Assembly: GCA_000092065.1 (NCBI GenBank)
Contig: CP000588.1
Strand: one strand, 5' to 3'
DNA length: 64,000 nucleotides
DNA from: Ostreococcus lucimarinus
Lineage: Eukaryota
The translations under genes and the position numbers were made by a program. Each line of letters starts with the position of its first letter. Within the stretch, counting starts at the first letter, position 1. The notes beneath the pieces are model-generated. The model ran no database searches. It worked only from the letters and a program-made list of their open reading frames with translations, and was not told the DNA's origin. Shown in pieces: positions 10,391-21,300 of the stretch.

Positions 10391-11720
10391 GGGGAAACGC
10401 TTGACGTTCGTGGACGTGCGCGCGCGCGAACAGCTGCGCACGCGAGACGGCGAGGAGACGTCGACGGTGTTCGTCAAGTGCGCGGCGCAGGTGCCGCCGG
10501 TGATCCGACCGGGCGCGGTGGTGGAGTTTGAATACGAGTGGGAGACGCGACGGGCGAAGAGCGGGACGCGGAGCGGCGCGTACGTGTCGACGACAGAAAT
10601 GCGCGTGGTGGAGCTCGCGCCGGTGACGAGCGTGGCGAATGCGACGAGTGAAATGTTGGAAAAGTTTGCGGGAGTAGGGTTGATCGATACGACGGCGCGA
10701 AGGAGTAAAGGATTTGGGATTTGCAAGGTGCTTCTCGGCGGCGACGTCTGTTCAGATCCAAACTGCGATAAACGGCATGACGTGAACGAAGAAGAGTTGA
10801 GCCAGGCGCGAGAAAGTCGGAAAAGAGCGCGAGAGCGATCTAAGATGGCGATCGAGCGAGAAAGATCGGATAATGACCCGCACGGAGATGCGAATAAGGA
10901 GGCAAAGTGCGTCAGCGATCGGTTATTCGCCGAATGGTGCGTCGAGACGTTCAAGCTGAAGGAACGACGGGAAGTGGTCGTCGCTGATATTGCAGGTGGT
11001 GCAGGGGCGTTATCGTTCGAATTCCATGTGAACCACGGCGTAGGGGTCGTGCTCATAGAGCCGCGATGTGTCGCTTTGACACCTCGGCAACGCGCTACGG
11101 CGAAGAATTTGCGTCGACGCGGAGCGCGAAATGACGCCAATCCAGACGTCGCAGATGCGTGGCTTCGATCAGAAATCTGGGTCAAATGCGCAGATGAGCA
11201 AAACGAGAAGCGGATGCATGAACACGTGCAGCGACTTGTGGCGTACACGGAAATTGCGAGCAGCAAAGACATTAATGTGAGCGCTAGCGCTCCCCCGACC
11301 GACGTCGTAACTTTGCACGAGGCACCATTCGACGAGTTCCCCACAGAACTTCCCCGCACGGTCGTAAAGTCACCTTTTGGAGCTGAAATTGCGCCTTTCA
11401 CGCACATACGCTCGGAGTTTTGGACGACAGATTCTTCTGTTGGAGCGCGCTTGCGCGAGATGCGTCCTTCGCTCCTCGTCGGCATGCACTCTGACCAGGC
11501 CACGGAAGCAATCATCGACGCCGCGCTCGAGCTCGATGTCCCATTCGCTGTCGTACCATGTTGCACGTTTCCGGAGCTGTTTCCTCACCGACGCACCGCG
11601 CTGGGTGGTCCGGTGGCGTCTTACGCCGACTTCATCGAATACCTGCGCGGCAAACATCCATCCATCCGTTCGACGTTCCTACCGTTCAAAGGCAGGAACC
11701 AGGTGTTGTACAAAACTTAG
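10389..11720 (+). CDS. Putative TRM13-like tRNA 2'-O-methyltransferase (CCCH zinc finger plus Rossmann-like methyltransferase). The track ORF begins at 9696, but the Arg-rich upstream part is probably not coding.
   Basis: ..FGICKVLLGGDVCSDPNCDKRHD (C-x8-C-x4-C-x3-H); ..REVVVADIAGGAGALSFEF.. (SAM-binding GxG-like); ..LLVGMHSDQATEAIIDAALELDVPFAVVPCC.. resembling the TRM13 'GKHLCG.ATD' region. Its first ATG, MGKRLTF, overlaps the bL31 ATG on a CATG. Identity is from recalled motifs only. Confidence 0.35.
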   Translation: MGKRLTFVDVRAREQLRTRDGEETSTVFVKCAAQVPPVIRPGAVVEFEYEWETRRAKSGTRSGAYVSTTEMRVVELAPVTSVANATSEMLEKFAGVGLIDTTARRSKGFGICKVLLGGDVCSDPNCDKRHDVNEEELSQARESRKRARERSKMAIERERSDNDPHGDANKEAKCVSDRLFAEWCVETFKLKERREVVVADIAGGAGALSFEFHVNHGVGVVLIEPRCVALTPRQRATAKNLRRRGARNDANPDVADAWLRSEIWVKCADEQNEKRMHEHVQRLVAYTEIASSKDINVSASAPPTDVVTLHEAPFDEFPTELPRTVVKSPFGAEIAPFTHIRSEFWTTDSSVGARLREMRPSLLVGMHSDQATEAIIDAALELDVPFAVVPCCTFPELFPHRRTALGGPVASYADFIEYLRGKHPSIRSTFLPFKGRNQVLYKT

Positions 11721-11831
11721 ATTATCGATAGCCATTAGGTTATTAGTACACTATAGCGATAGCTGTTACGCTCAGCGACTCCACCCGAGAGCTCGCCGCC
11801 GTCTCGTCTTCATAGCGTGGCTCGTCGCGCC

Positions 11832-12248
11832 ATGTCCTCCCCGAGCGTCAAAGTCGAGGACGACGACGCGGGCGCTTCCATCGAAGACGAACAAAGCTTC
11901 TCGCTCGCCGACGCCCTCTCGCGCGCGAACTCTGAGGCCGAAGCGGCGTCGTCGAGCGGCGATGGTGACGGTCCGAAGGATCCCATGGCAAAAGTTAAAG
12001 CCGCACTCGCGTGCCCGTGCGTGGCTGATCTCCGTCAATCTTCGTGTGGAACGAGTTTTGATGAGGCGTTGACGTGCTTTATGCTGGCGAAAGACGAGGA
12101 GAAGGGGAAGAAGTGCGTGGAGGAGTTTGTGTCGCTACACGCGTGCATGGTGAAGAACGCAAACGAGTTTCAGGAGTTTGCAAACGAGTTGTTGGAGCAC
12201 CAAGACGTGCGTGGACCTGCAAAAGCGACGACCAACGCGGGGAAGTGA
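11832..12248 (+). CDS. MIA40: Mia40/CHCHD4 homologue (mitochondrial intermembrane-space oxidoreductase). The track ORF starts on GTG at 11817.
   Basis: ..KAALACPCVADLRQSSCGTSFDEALTCFMLAKDEEKGKKCVEEFVSLHACMVKN..: a CPC redox motif followed by twin Cx9C (C-GTSFDEALT-C and C-VEEFVSLHA-C). This is the diagnostic Mia40 core. Confidence 0.75.
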   Translation: MSSPSVKVEDDDAGASIEDEQSFSLADALSRANSEAEAASSSGDGDGPKDPMAKVKAALACPCVADLRQSSCGTSFDEALTCFMLAKDEEKGKKCVEEFVSLHACMVKNANEFQEFANELLEHQDVRGPAKATTNAGK

Positions 12249-12347
12249 TAGATTATTACTTAGAATGATAATACCATCGCATTAGAATCATAGATCATCG
12301 TTTCGAAGAATAGATGTCGCGTTTACCAGAGGAAACATTGCCGTCGA

Positions 12348-14414
12348 CTAGAGCGCCGCAGCCTTTGCGCGCCAGGCGTTGAAGGCGTCGGAACCCGATG
12401 TGACGGCTTCGCACACAGCAGCCAAATAAATATCAGCCACAGATGCGGTCCTACCGACGAGGTAGCCAGAAGTCGACGCCACGAGAGCCTTTTCCACCTT
12501 AGCGGCTGCGGCTTCTGCACCCGCGCTAGTTGATTCAAGCAACGCTTCGACGCGCGCTTGTTCCGCGACGCCAGCCGGATACAAACCCGCACCGACGCGG
12601 TTGGTCTTGACGAGGTGACGAATGATGGAAATAGGCGACGCCAACACGAGGTTGCCTTGGACGAACACCGGCGTGGCGTTGTCAGTCTCCGTCTTGATTT
12701 CCTCCGGACACATCGCGGCAGATTCAACCTTCACCACGGCACCGCATCGCTTCAAGATTTGTTGAATAGCCTTCGAAGCCGCGCACGGACCGGCGTTGAC
12801 GTATGCCGTCGCTTCGACGCCAGCCGCGGTGGCGGCATCGTTGGACGCAAACAAGTCCGCCGGCGGCGGAGAGACATCCACGAGACGACCCTTCTTGTCG
12901 AGCGTGCGAACGAACGGGATGAACTCGATGCCGTTCATCCACGGTCGCAACGCCGGCGGCACGACGAGACCTTCGGGGGTTTGCCAGTTTTCAATCAAGC
13001 AGCACAAAGTGCGCTCAGTCGCGGTGAGCGTCGAGTTGAGCAAGTGCACGTACGCCTTCTTGTTCTCCGGACCCTTCTTTGGTGCGCCTTCGCGTATTTC
13101 CAGTCGCCGAGATTGGTAATCGGTGCAGTTTGAGCACGAAACCAACTCGCGGAAGGTGCGAGACGACGGAAACCACGCTTCGAGATCATACTTTTTCGCC
13201 GCGGCGTCGTTCAACTCCCCGCTCACAATGTTCACGACTTGGTACGGAATGTTCAACGACTGGTAGAACGCCTCCGAGTTTCCTATGAGACGTTCCATTT
13301 CGTCCCAACTCGCGTTGCCTTCGCCCGAGACGGCGACGAACTGCTCAACCTTTTCGAATTGATGAACGCGGAAAATACCGAGTGTGTCGCGACCGTGAGA
13401 ACCAACCTCCTTACGGAAGCACGTCGAGTATCCGGCGAACCGAATCGGTAATTGGTTCGTATTCAACCAACGCTTACGCAAGTACGAACAGCACGTTTGC
13501 TCGCTCGTGGCGATCAGGTACTTGTCGTCGCCCTCACCCGTCACTTTGTAGAGTTGCTCATCAAAATCTGCGAGTTGCGCGCACTCCGCCATACGGTCCT
13601 TTCGCATGAAGAATGGCGTCGCCAGCGGCGTGTGCCCTCTGCTCGCCAAGAATGCGAGCGCATAGTTGATCACAGCCTGATTCAAGAGCGCCCCTGCGCC
13701 CTTGAGATAGTACCCTCGCCCGCCCGCGACTTCGGTCCCTTGCTCTACGTCGGCAATATCCAACATAGAAATCAAATCCACGTGATTCGGAAGCTTTTCT
13801 TCCATGCGTTTCTCCCCCCACGTGCGCACGATGACGTTATTTTCTTCATCGTTCGATACCGGCACGCTGTCGTGCACGATGTTCCCAATCTTCAACAACG
13901 CCGTCGTCGTCTTCTCCTCCAGCTCCTTTTCCTTCTCCGCCGCCGCCTTTTTCCTCTCGTCAATCTCCTTCACCTTGGCCATCAACGGCGCCGCCTCATC
14001 CTTCTTCCCAGCCTTCATCAACATCGCCACTTCCTTATTCGCCTTATTAAATTCCCCTCCGACTTCATCCAGCGCGTGTCTCGCCTCGCGCCACGCGAGA
14101 TCGAGCGCCAAGACGTCGTCCACGTCCTCCACGCGTCCGAACCTCCGCCGTTCGCTCTCTCGCACCGCCTCCTGCGTCATCGTCGCGCGTCGCGCGCGTC
14201 GTCGTCAGTCACCGTTCGCGCGCGCGCGTCATCGCCCATCCGCGCCACCGTGCGCGCGCTTCGCGTCCAACTTTGCGCGCGCGCCGTCACCCATCGCTCG
14301 ATCGCGTCGTCGTCGACGTCCTCCGGCGTCCTCCGCGACGCGCGCGCGCGACGCGCGCATCGCGCGCACCGGGTCGCCGCCCTTGTCCGGCCTGAGCATG
14401 TTGACGTCCAACAT
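12348..14414 (-). CDS. SARS: Seryl-tRNA synthetase with a C-terminal GST-like extension, two exons: exon 2 = 12348..14171 and exon 1 = 14370..14414, with an intron ~14172..14369 (198 nt).
   Basis: Class II core (..YSTCFRKEVGSHGRDTLGIFRVHQFEKVEQF..). Exon 1, MLDVNMLRPDKGGDP, spliced to exon 2 EAVRESERRRF.. recreates the conserved eukaryotic N-terminus (MLD.N.FR.EKGG(N/D)PE.IRESQ.RRF). The unspliced ORF lacks it. The intron has donor GTGCGCGCG, a branch ggTGACTGACGac, and acgCAG. Confidence 0.85.
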
Positions 14415-14613
14415 CGCGCGTCGTCGCGCGCGCGTTCGCGTGTGCCGCGTCGAGGTTTTCTTTTTTTCGCGCGCGAGAGAAACGATCGCGTTCTCGACTC
14501 CTCGCGCGTCGCGCGTCGCGCGTCGCGCGCGCGAGGGGCGCGCGCGCGATTCAGTGCGTTTAATCCCACGCGCGTGGCGTCGTTACAACCGTCTAAGTCG
14601 CGCGCGTCGACGC

Positions 14614-14769
14614 TCACACCGCGAGAAGTTCGCCAAAGTTTCGCATGAAGACGACGCTCGCGACGAACATCGCGGCGGAGCGGAGCAAGATGGCGTTAGC
14701 CTCGCGAACCGCGGGGTTGGTCGCGTTGAGCTCGCGCTTGATGAAATCGACGACGTCGGAGACGGCCAT
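14614..14769 (-). CDS. TOM5: Small tail-anchored protein, candidate plant-type TOM5 (mitochondrial outer-membrane import receptor subunit)
   Basis: 51 aa: MAVSDVVDFIKRELNATNPAVREANAILLRSAAMFVASVVFMRNFGELLAV. It has strongly GC3-biased codons. The C-terminus LLRSAAMFVASVVFMRNFGELLAV resembles Arabidopsis TOM5 ..LLRALGMFAGGVFLMRSYGDLMGV (recalled from memory). The track lists it only inside a 77-aa ORF. Confidence 0.5.
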   Translation of the reverse strand: MAVSDVVDFIKRELNATNPAVREANAILLRSAAMFVASVVFMRNFGELLAV

Positions 14770-14822
14770 CGCGACGTGCGCGGCGCGGCGATGTGCGGCG
14801 GTGCTCGTCATTGGCGGACGCG

Positions 14823-15296
14823 ATGATGGCGCGGGAAGCGTCCGCAAGCGTCTCGGACGACGACGCGCGCGCGGGAAGACGCGCGAACGCGTCGACGTCG
14901 AGCGAGAGCGAGAGCGAGAGCGAGACGTCGCCGAGAGCGCGCGCGGTGGTGGACGATGGGTGCTTGGATTCCGATGATTTCGAGACGAGCCTGAAAGCGC
15001 TCGAACCGCGCCGACGCAACATCGACGCGACGATACGAGCGCAAGAGCGCGCGTGCGTCGATATCACGCTCGCCGTGGACGCCATGCGGGCGTTCTTGAC
15101 GAACGCGCGCGATGATGAAGAGTCGAGCGAAGGCGCGGAGGAGCGGCGAGACGCGCTCGAGGCGGCGGCGCTGACGAAGAGGATCGTCGCGATCGCGATG
15201 GAAACGAGAGCGATCGTGAATAGGGTGAGGCAAAAGTTGATTGAGGCTGGGTTCGTGGACGTCGAGGCGTTGACGCCTTACGATCCAGAGGCGTAG
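14823..15296 (+). CDS. Hypothetical small acidic/coiled-coil protein between TOM5 and Brr2
   Basis: 157 aa from ATG ATG (the track ORF starts on GTG at 14793). Codons are GC3-rich and an AT-rich stretch follows the stop. No recognisable domain. Confidence 0.3.
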   Translation: MMAREASASVSDDDARAGRRANASTSSESESESETSPRARAVVDDGCLDSDDFETSLKALEPRRRNIDATIRAQERACVDITLAVDAMRAFLTNARDDEESSEGAEERRDALEAAALTKRIVAIAMETRAIVNRVRQKLIEAGFVDVEALTPYDPEA

Positions 15297-15383
15297 GGAT
15301 TAGAATTAGTTGTAACGACGGACGTCGGCGCGCGCGCTTTAGCGCGGTGATTATCGAACGGCGCGTTAAACGGCGACGCGGCG

Positions 15384-18300
15384 ATGGCGACGACTCACGC
15401 GGTCGCACCTCGATTAACGACGTTCCTGCGCGCCGCGCGCGGGTTGGACGACGTCGTGGATGTCGACGCCGAGCGCGCGAGACGGAACGAAACGCTGCGT
15501 ACAACGACGAGGCGCGACGCGACGACGGACGACACGCCGAGCGTGCGGCTGGCGCGACGCGTGCTGCGATGCGAGGACGGTCGCGAGGCGAAGGATGTCG
15601 TCAAGACGTGTCGAGCGTTCGTGAGCGTGGTCGTGCGCATGCTCGGGAGCGACACGATGACGGAGACGGAGTCGGGGGACGCGGCGGCGAGCGCGTGGGA
15701 CGCGGCGAGCGGATTCGTGGAAGTCATCGCGAACGAACGACGAGCTGTGGAATCCGAGCGAGGGTACGTCGCGGATCACGAGACCGCGAGAAAGATTTTT
15801 GAAGTGCGCGAGCGGGAGGTGCGGAAGGACATGATGGAGGCGCTGCGAGGCGCGCTCGGGCCGGTGGAAGCAAACGCGCCTACGGTTCGCGAATTCGAGA
15901 GTCTCGTCGAGGATCTTTTGCGCATGCGGGGCGAATTCGATGAGTTTCACACGCTGCAAAGTACGCTCGATGCAGAGCCGACAACGTCTGGGAGGATCTT
16001 TGGACAGAACATTAAATTCAAGCGCGCCGGAGACGCGCAACCGAGCGATCGAATTCGAGATTTGAAACGCGCGATGAAAACGAATTTGAGCGAGGCGAGC
16101 GAAGCGGAGCGCCTGCGAATCGAATCGGAGAGAATGGCGCACCCCGATGAGCGTATGAGTGGGTTCGGTGAGCCAGAGCACGTAGAGAGCGATGCGACGA
16201 CCCAGCTCACGTGGTTGAAGAGACAGTGCGAAGGTTTTGTTGCAAACAGCGCGCACGCGCTCGATCAGACGTGGGAAGCCGTCGCGGGTACGGTGGGGCG
16301 GGCAATTATGAATGCGTCGAGCTCGGATGACGAGTGCGCCGCTGAACTTTACGAATATCTGGGTGACTACGGGTTCGAGCTCATCGCGGGAGTGGTTGAA
16401 CGCCGCACGGTGCTCACGAGCGCCATCAAAAACCGGGCGCAGTTACTTCGAGATGCGCTAAACGCTCAAAGTGGCGCCGATAGAGCTGGACCATCTATCA
16501 CTCGTGTTGTTACGATTACGAGCACCTTGGATAAACAACTTGAAAAGGCTCGGAGAAAAGAAGAACGCAAAGCTAATCGCAAGCTTGCCTCTGGATCGGG
16601 CGCCAGCATTATGGAATGGCTTCAAGCCGTGGGTGTAGGTTTCGACGCTTTATGTGAAGGTGATTGGGAAAACCAGCAAGCACCTTCGTCATCAAGTAAT
16701 CCAGACGATATTCTTGCCGGTTTGCGAGGTCTTGGACGAGGTATGGATGGTGGGCGCAAAGCGTTGCCGCCAGGGACCACGCGCATCGTTCATCCAGAAG
16801 GGTACGAAGAGATCTCTGTACCGGCGCGAGAGCCAGATCCCGTGGCCGCTGGTGAGCGTTCTGTAGCGATTGAAGAGCTCGATGAGTGGGCGCAGCCCGC
16901 GTTTCAAGGCATCAGAATGCTCAATAGGATCCAAAGCAAGATTTTCCCGCAGGCGTACCACACCAACGAAAACTTACTCGTGTGCGCGCCGACGGGAGCC
17001 GGGAAGACGAACATCGCCATGCTAACCGTCTTACACGAAATCGGTCTTCACATAGATGAGAACGGCGACTACCTTCCAGAGGATTTCAAGATTGTCTACG
17101 TGGCACCCATGAAAGCGCTCGCGGCTGAAGTTACGGATGCATTTAGCAGAAGACTTGCACCTCTTGACATAGTCGTTGCCGAGCTCACGGGCGATACGCA
17201 AATGAGTAAACGCGAGCTCGAGGAGACACAAATGATCGTGACGACACCCGAGAAATGGGATGTCATCACACGAAAAGGCGGAGAAGTTTCTGTGGCGAGT
17301 ACTTTACGTTTACTCATCATTGATGAGGTGCACTTGTTGAATGACGAGCGGGGGCCGGTGATTGAAACGCTCGTCGCCCGTACTCTTCGTCAAGTCGAAC
17401 AAACTCAGAGTATGATACGGATTGTCGGTCTTTCTGCGACGCTGCCGAATCCCGTAGATGTGGCTCGATTCTTAGGCGTCAACAATGACGCCGGTTTGTT
17501 CGTTTTTGATCAGTCGTACCGGCCGATCCCATTGACGCAAAAGTTTATCGGGGTCACAGAGAAAAACTCGATGAAACGGCAAACACTCATGGCGCAGATT
17601 GCGTACAACAAAGCGTGTGAAGCGTTGAGAAATGGCAAACAAGCCATGGTCTTTGTACATAGCCGGAAGGATACAGTCAAGACGGCGAAGCAACTCGCTG
17701 AGTTTGCCGCTGCGCAGGATGGTATGGAACTCTTCTCCAACAACCAACACGAGCGCAAGGCTGAGTTCGCGCAACAAGTGTCACGAAGTCGGAATAACGA
17801 GTTGAAAGATCTGTTTCTCAAAGGACTAGGCTGTCACAACGCAGGTATGCTTAGAGCGGACCGTTCATTGACGGAAAAACTTTTCGCCGCCGGACTCATT
17901 AAAGTTCTAGTGTGTACGGCAACATTGGCGTGGGGTGTGAACTTGCCCGCGCACATCGTCGTCATCAAAGGCACGCAGCTTTACGACCCTCAACGCGGTG
18001 GCTTCAGGAATCTCGGTGTTTTAGATGTGCAACAAATTTTCGGTCGTGCAGGGCGACCAGGTTTTGACACTTCGGGCGAGGGTGTCATCGTCACCGAGCA
18101 CAAAAATTTGGCGCATTACGTGTCCATGCTCACGCATTCGACACCGATTGAATCACAATTTGTGAGCAACTTGGCTGATAATTTGAACGCCGAAGTGACT
18201 CTCGGTACAGTTACGAACGTGCGCGAAGGCGCGCAGTGGTTGGGATACTCTTACCTACACACGCGTATGGAGAAGAACCCACTCGCCTATGGTCTGACGT

Positions 18301-21300
18301 GGGACGACATTCGTCTTGATCCAGGCTTACTAGACCACCGCAGAAAACTCATCAAAGAAGCTGCAAGGGTTTTAGATCGTGCGAAAATGATTCGATTCGA
18401 CGAGCGGAGTGGACAGCTTTATCAAACCGAAGCTGGCCGTACGGCGAGTCACTTTTACATACGAGTCAATTCTATGGAAGTTTTCGATGGTTTGATGCAC
18501 AGACACATGACGCTGCCGGACATCTTTCACATGATTTCCCATTCGAGCGAGTTCGAAAACATAGTTCCCAGAGAAGATGAAATTCCTGAGTTGGAGACAT
18601 TGCGACGCAACCGCCGCGTGGTGCCGATTGACATCAAAGCCTCGCTCACAGACAAAGTAGGCAAAGTCAATTTACTCTTGCAAGTCTACATCTCTCGTGC
18701 GAGCATGCAATCTTTTTCTCTTATTGCCGATAGCATGTACATTTCGCAGAATGCGAGCAGAATTTGTCGCGCACTGTTTGAGTTATGCTTACGACGTGGC
18801 TGGCCGTCGCTCGCGGAACAATTGCTCACGGTGAGTAAATCGTGTGATTTGAGAATATGGCCGCATCAACACGAGCTTCGACAATTTGAAAAGTCGCTCA
18901 AGCCCGAAGTTTTGTTTAAGCTCGAAGAGAAGAAAGCCACTTTGGATCGTTTATGGGATATGAGTGCGAGTGAGATTGGCAGTATGTTGCGACTGAACAC
19001 TCAAATTGGTGGACAAGTCAAGTCGTGCATGCGCGCGATGCCGCATTTGAACATGACGGCTGTCGTGCAGCCCATCACGCGCTCCGTGTTACGAGTCTCT
19101 GTGACACTTACTCCTGAATTCGAATGGAGAGATGCAGTGCATGGTGCTCTTCAACGATGGCTGATCTGGGTCGAAGATCCGGTAAACGAGCACATATATC
19201 ACTCGGAAACTTTCAACTTGAGTAAAAAACAAAGCCGCGACGGGGCGCAATACTTGGCATTCACCATTCCCATTTTTGAGCCAGTGCCGCCGCAATATTT
19301 CTTGCGTGCCATGTCGGAAACCTGGCTCGGATGTGAATCTTTCGTCGAACTAAACTTCCAGCACCTCATCTTACCTGAAGAACATCCACCGCACACAGAA
19401 TTACTCGATCTTGATCCTCTCCCGCGATCAGCTTTGAACAATCCAGTGTATGAGTCGATGTACGAGGGGAAGTTTACGCACTTCAATGCCATTCAAACGC
19501 AAGCGTTTCACACGCTCTATCATACCGATACGAACGTTCTCCTTGGTGCGCCGACAGGCTCCGGTAAGACGATTTCGGCCGAGCTATCGATGATGAAAGT
19601 TTTCCGTGATTCTCCTGGTTCAAAAGTCGTCTACATTGCACCGCTCAAGGCTTTGGTTCGAGAACGCATCAAGGACTGGAGAAAGAATTTGTGCCCGACG
19701 CTCGGCTTGCGCATGGTCGAGCTCACAGGTGATTACACGCCAGATCTTCGAGCGCTTCTTCAGGCCGATATCATCGTTAGTACTCCGGAAAAGTGGGATG
19801 GCATCAGTCGTAACTGGCAAAGTCGCGCGTACGTCACCAAGGTTGCGCTCGTCGTTATTGATGAGATTCACTTGTTGGCGAGCGACAGAGGTCCTATTTT
19901 GGAAGTCATCGTGTCTCGTATGCGATACATCTCTGCGCGAACGGGTTCAAATGTTCGTATCGTTGGTTTGTCAACAGCGTTGGCGAACGCGCGTGATCTC
20001 GGAGATTGGCTCGGCATTGACAAGGAAGGTTTGTTCAACTTTCGACCGTCGGTGCGCCCGGTACCGCTCGAATGTCATATTCAAGGCTTTCCGGGTAAAT
20101 TTTACTGCCCGCGCATGATGACGATGAATAAGCCAACGTACGCGGCTATTCGCACGCATAGTCCTGAAAAGCCGACGCTTGTTTTCGTGTCGAGTCGACG
20201 ACAAACGCGCCTGACAGCGTTGGATTTGATCGCGTACGCTGCCGCGGACGAGCGCCCGGATGGCTTCGTGCACATGAGCGACGACGAGTTAACGATGCAC
20301 TTGAGTAAAGTCAAAGATCCAGCGTTGAAGCACACCTTACAATTTGGCATTGGTCTACACCACGCCGGTTTAACGCCAGAAGACCGAGAGTTATGCGAAG
20401 AGCTTTTCGCACAATGCAAGATACAAGTGTTGGTGACGACGTCAACGCTCGCGTGGGGCGTCAACTTGCCTGCGCACTTGGTCGTAATCAAGGGCACTGA
20501 ATATTTTGACGGCAAAACGAAGCGTTACCAAGACTTTCCCATTACAGATGTTCTTCAAATGATGGGTCGAGCGGGGCGACCGCAGTTCGATAAGTCTGGG
20601 TGCTGCGTCATTCTAGTACACGAGCCTAAAAAGACGTTTTACAAGAAATTTCTCTACGAGCCTTTTCCAGTTGAATCGAGCTTGGCAGAAAACTTATGCG
20701 ACCATTTCAACGCCGAAATCGTGAGTGGCACAATAAAGACTAAGCAGGACGCAGTCGATTACTTGACGTGGACTTACTTTTTCCGTCGCTTGCTCAAAAA
20801 TCCCACTTACTACAACTTGGATACCATTCAAACAGATAACTTGAATGAATACCTCAGCGATTTGGTCGAGAACGCTTTGGAGTTATTGGAGGACGCTCGT
20901 TGCATTGCAATCGATGAAGAAGACGATGGGTTGGAGCCTTTGATGTTAGGACGTGTCGCATCGTATTACTACCTACAGTACCCGTCCGTCGCACTTTTCG
21001 CGTCGAATATCAAGGCGAATAGTTCACTTGAATCATTGCTGGAAACGTTGTGCGGTGTGGCAGAATACGATGAACTACCCGTTCGTCACAACGAAGACAA
21101 GCTCAACACGGAGTTGGCAGAAGTTGTGGCTGATGCCGGTGGTTTCCAAGTCGACATTCGTCTGGCTGAGGACCCGCACGTGAAGACATCTTTGCTTTTC
21201 CAATGCCACTTCTTGCGGCTACCGCTACCTCTGAGTGATTATTACACGGACACAAAGAGCGTCCTCGATCAGGCGATTCGTATTTTACAAGCGATGATTG

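Noticed and set aside
10073-11566. Many long ORFs antisense to, or frame-shifted from, real genes (e.g. 10073..11566 -, 3517..4146 -, 47753..48931 -, 62777..63943 -, 35216..35809 -, 39863..40675 -, 1706..2881 +), often Arg/Ala/Pro-rich
   Set aside because: These are the expected stop-codon-poor artefacts of ~65% GC DNA. They show low complexity, no domain signatures, lie opposite well-supported genes and often start on non-ATG codons. Parts of some coincide with real 5' exons in another register (e.g. the end of 47749..48684 is FtsZ exon 1).
12681-12687. An additional GTCAGTC (branch-motif) hit inside the SerRS coding region
   Set aside because: It lies within an uninterrupted, conserved reading frame (..ETDNATPVF..). 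It is a chance occurrence (gag act gac aac), not an intron signal.
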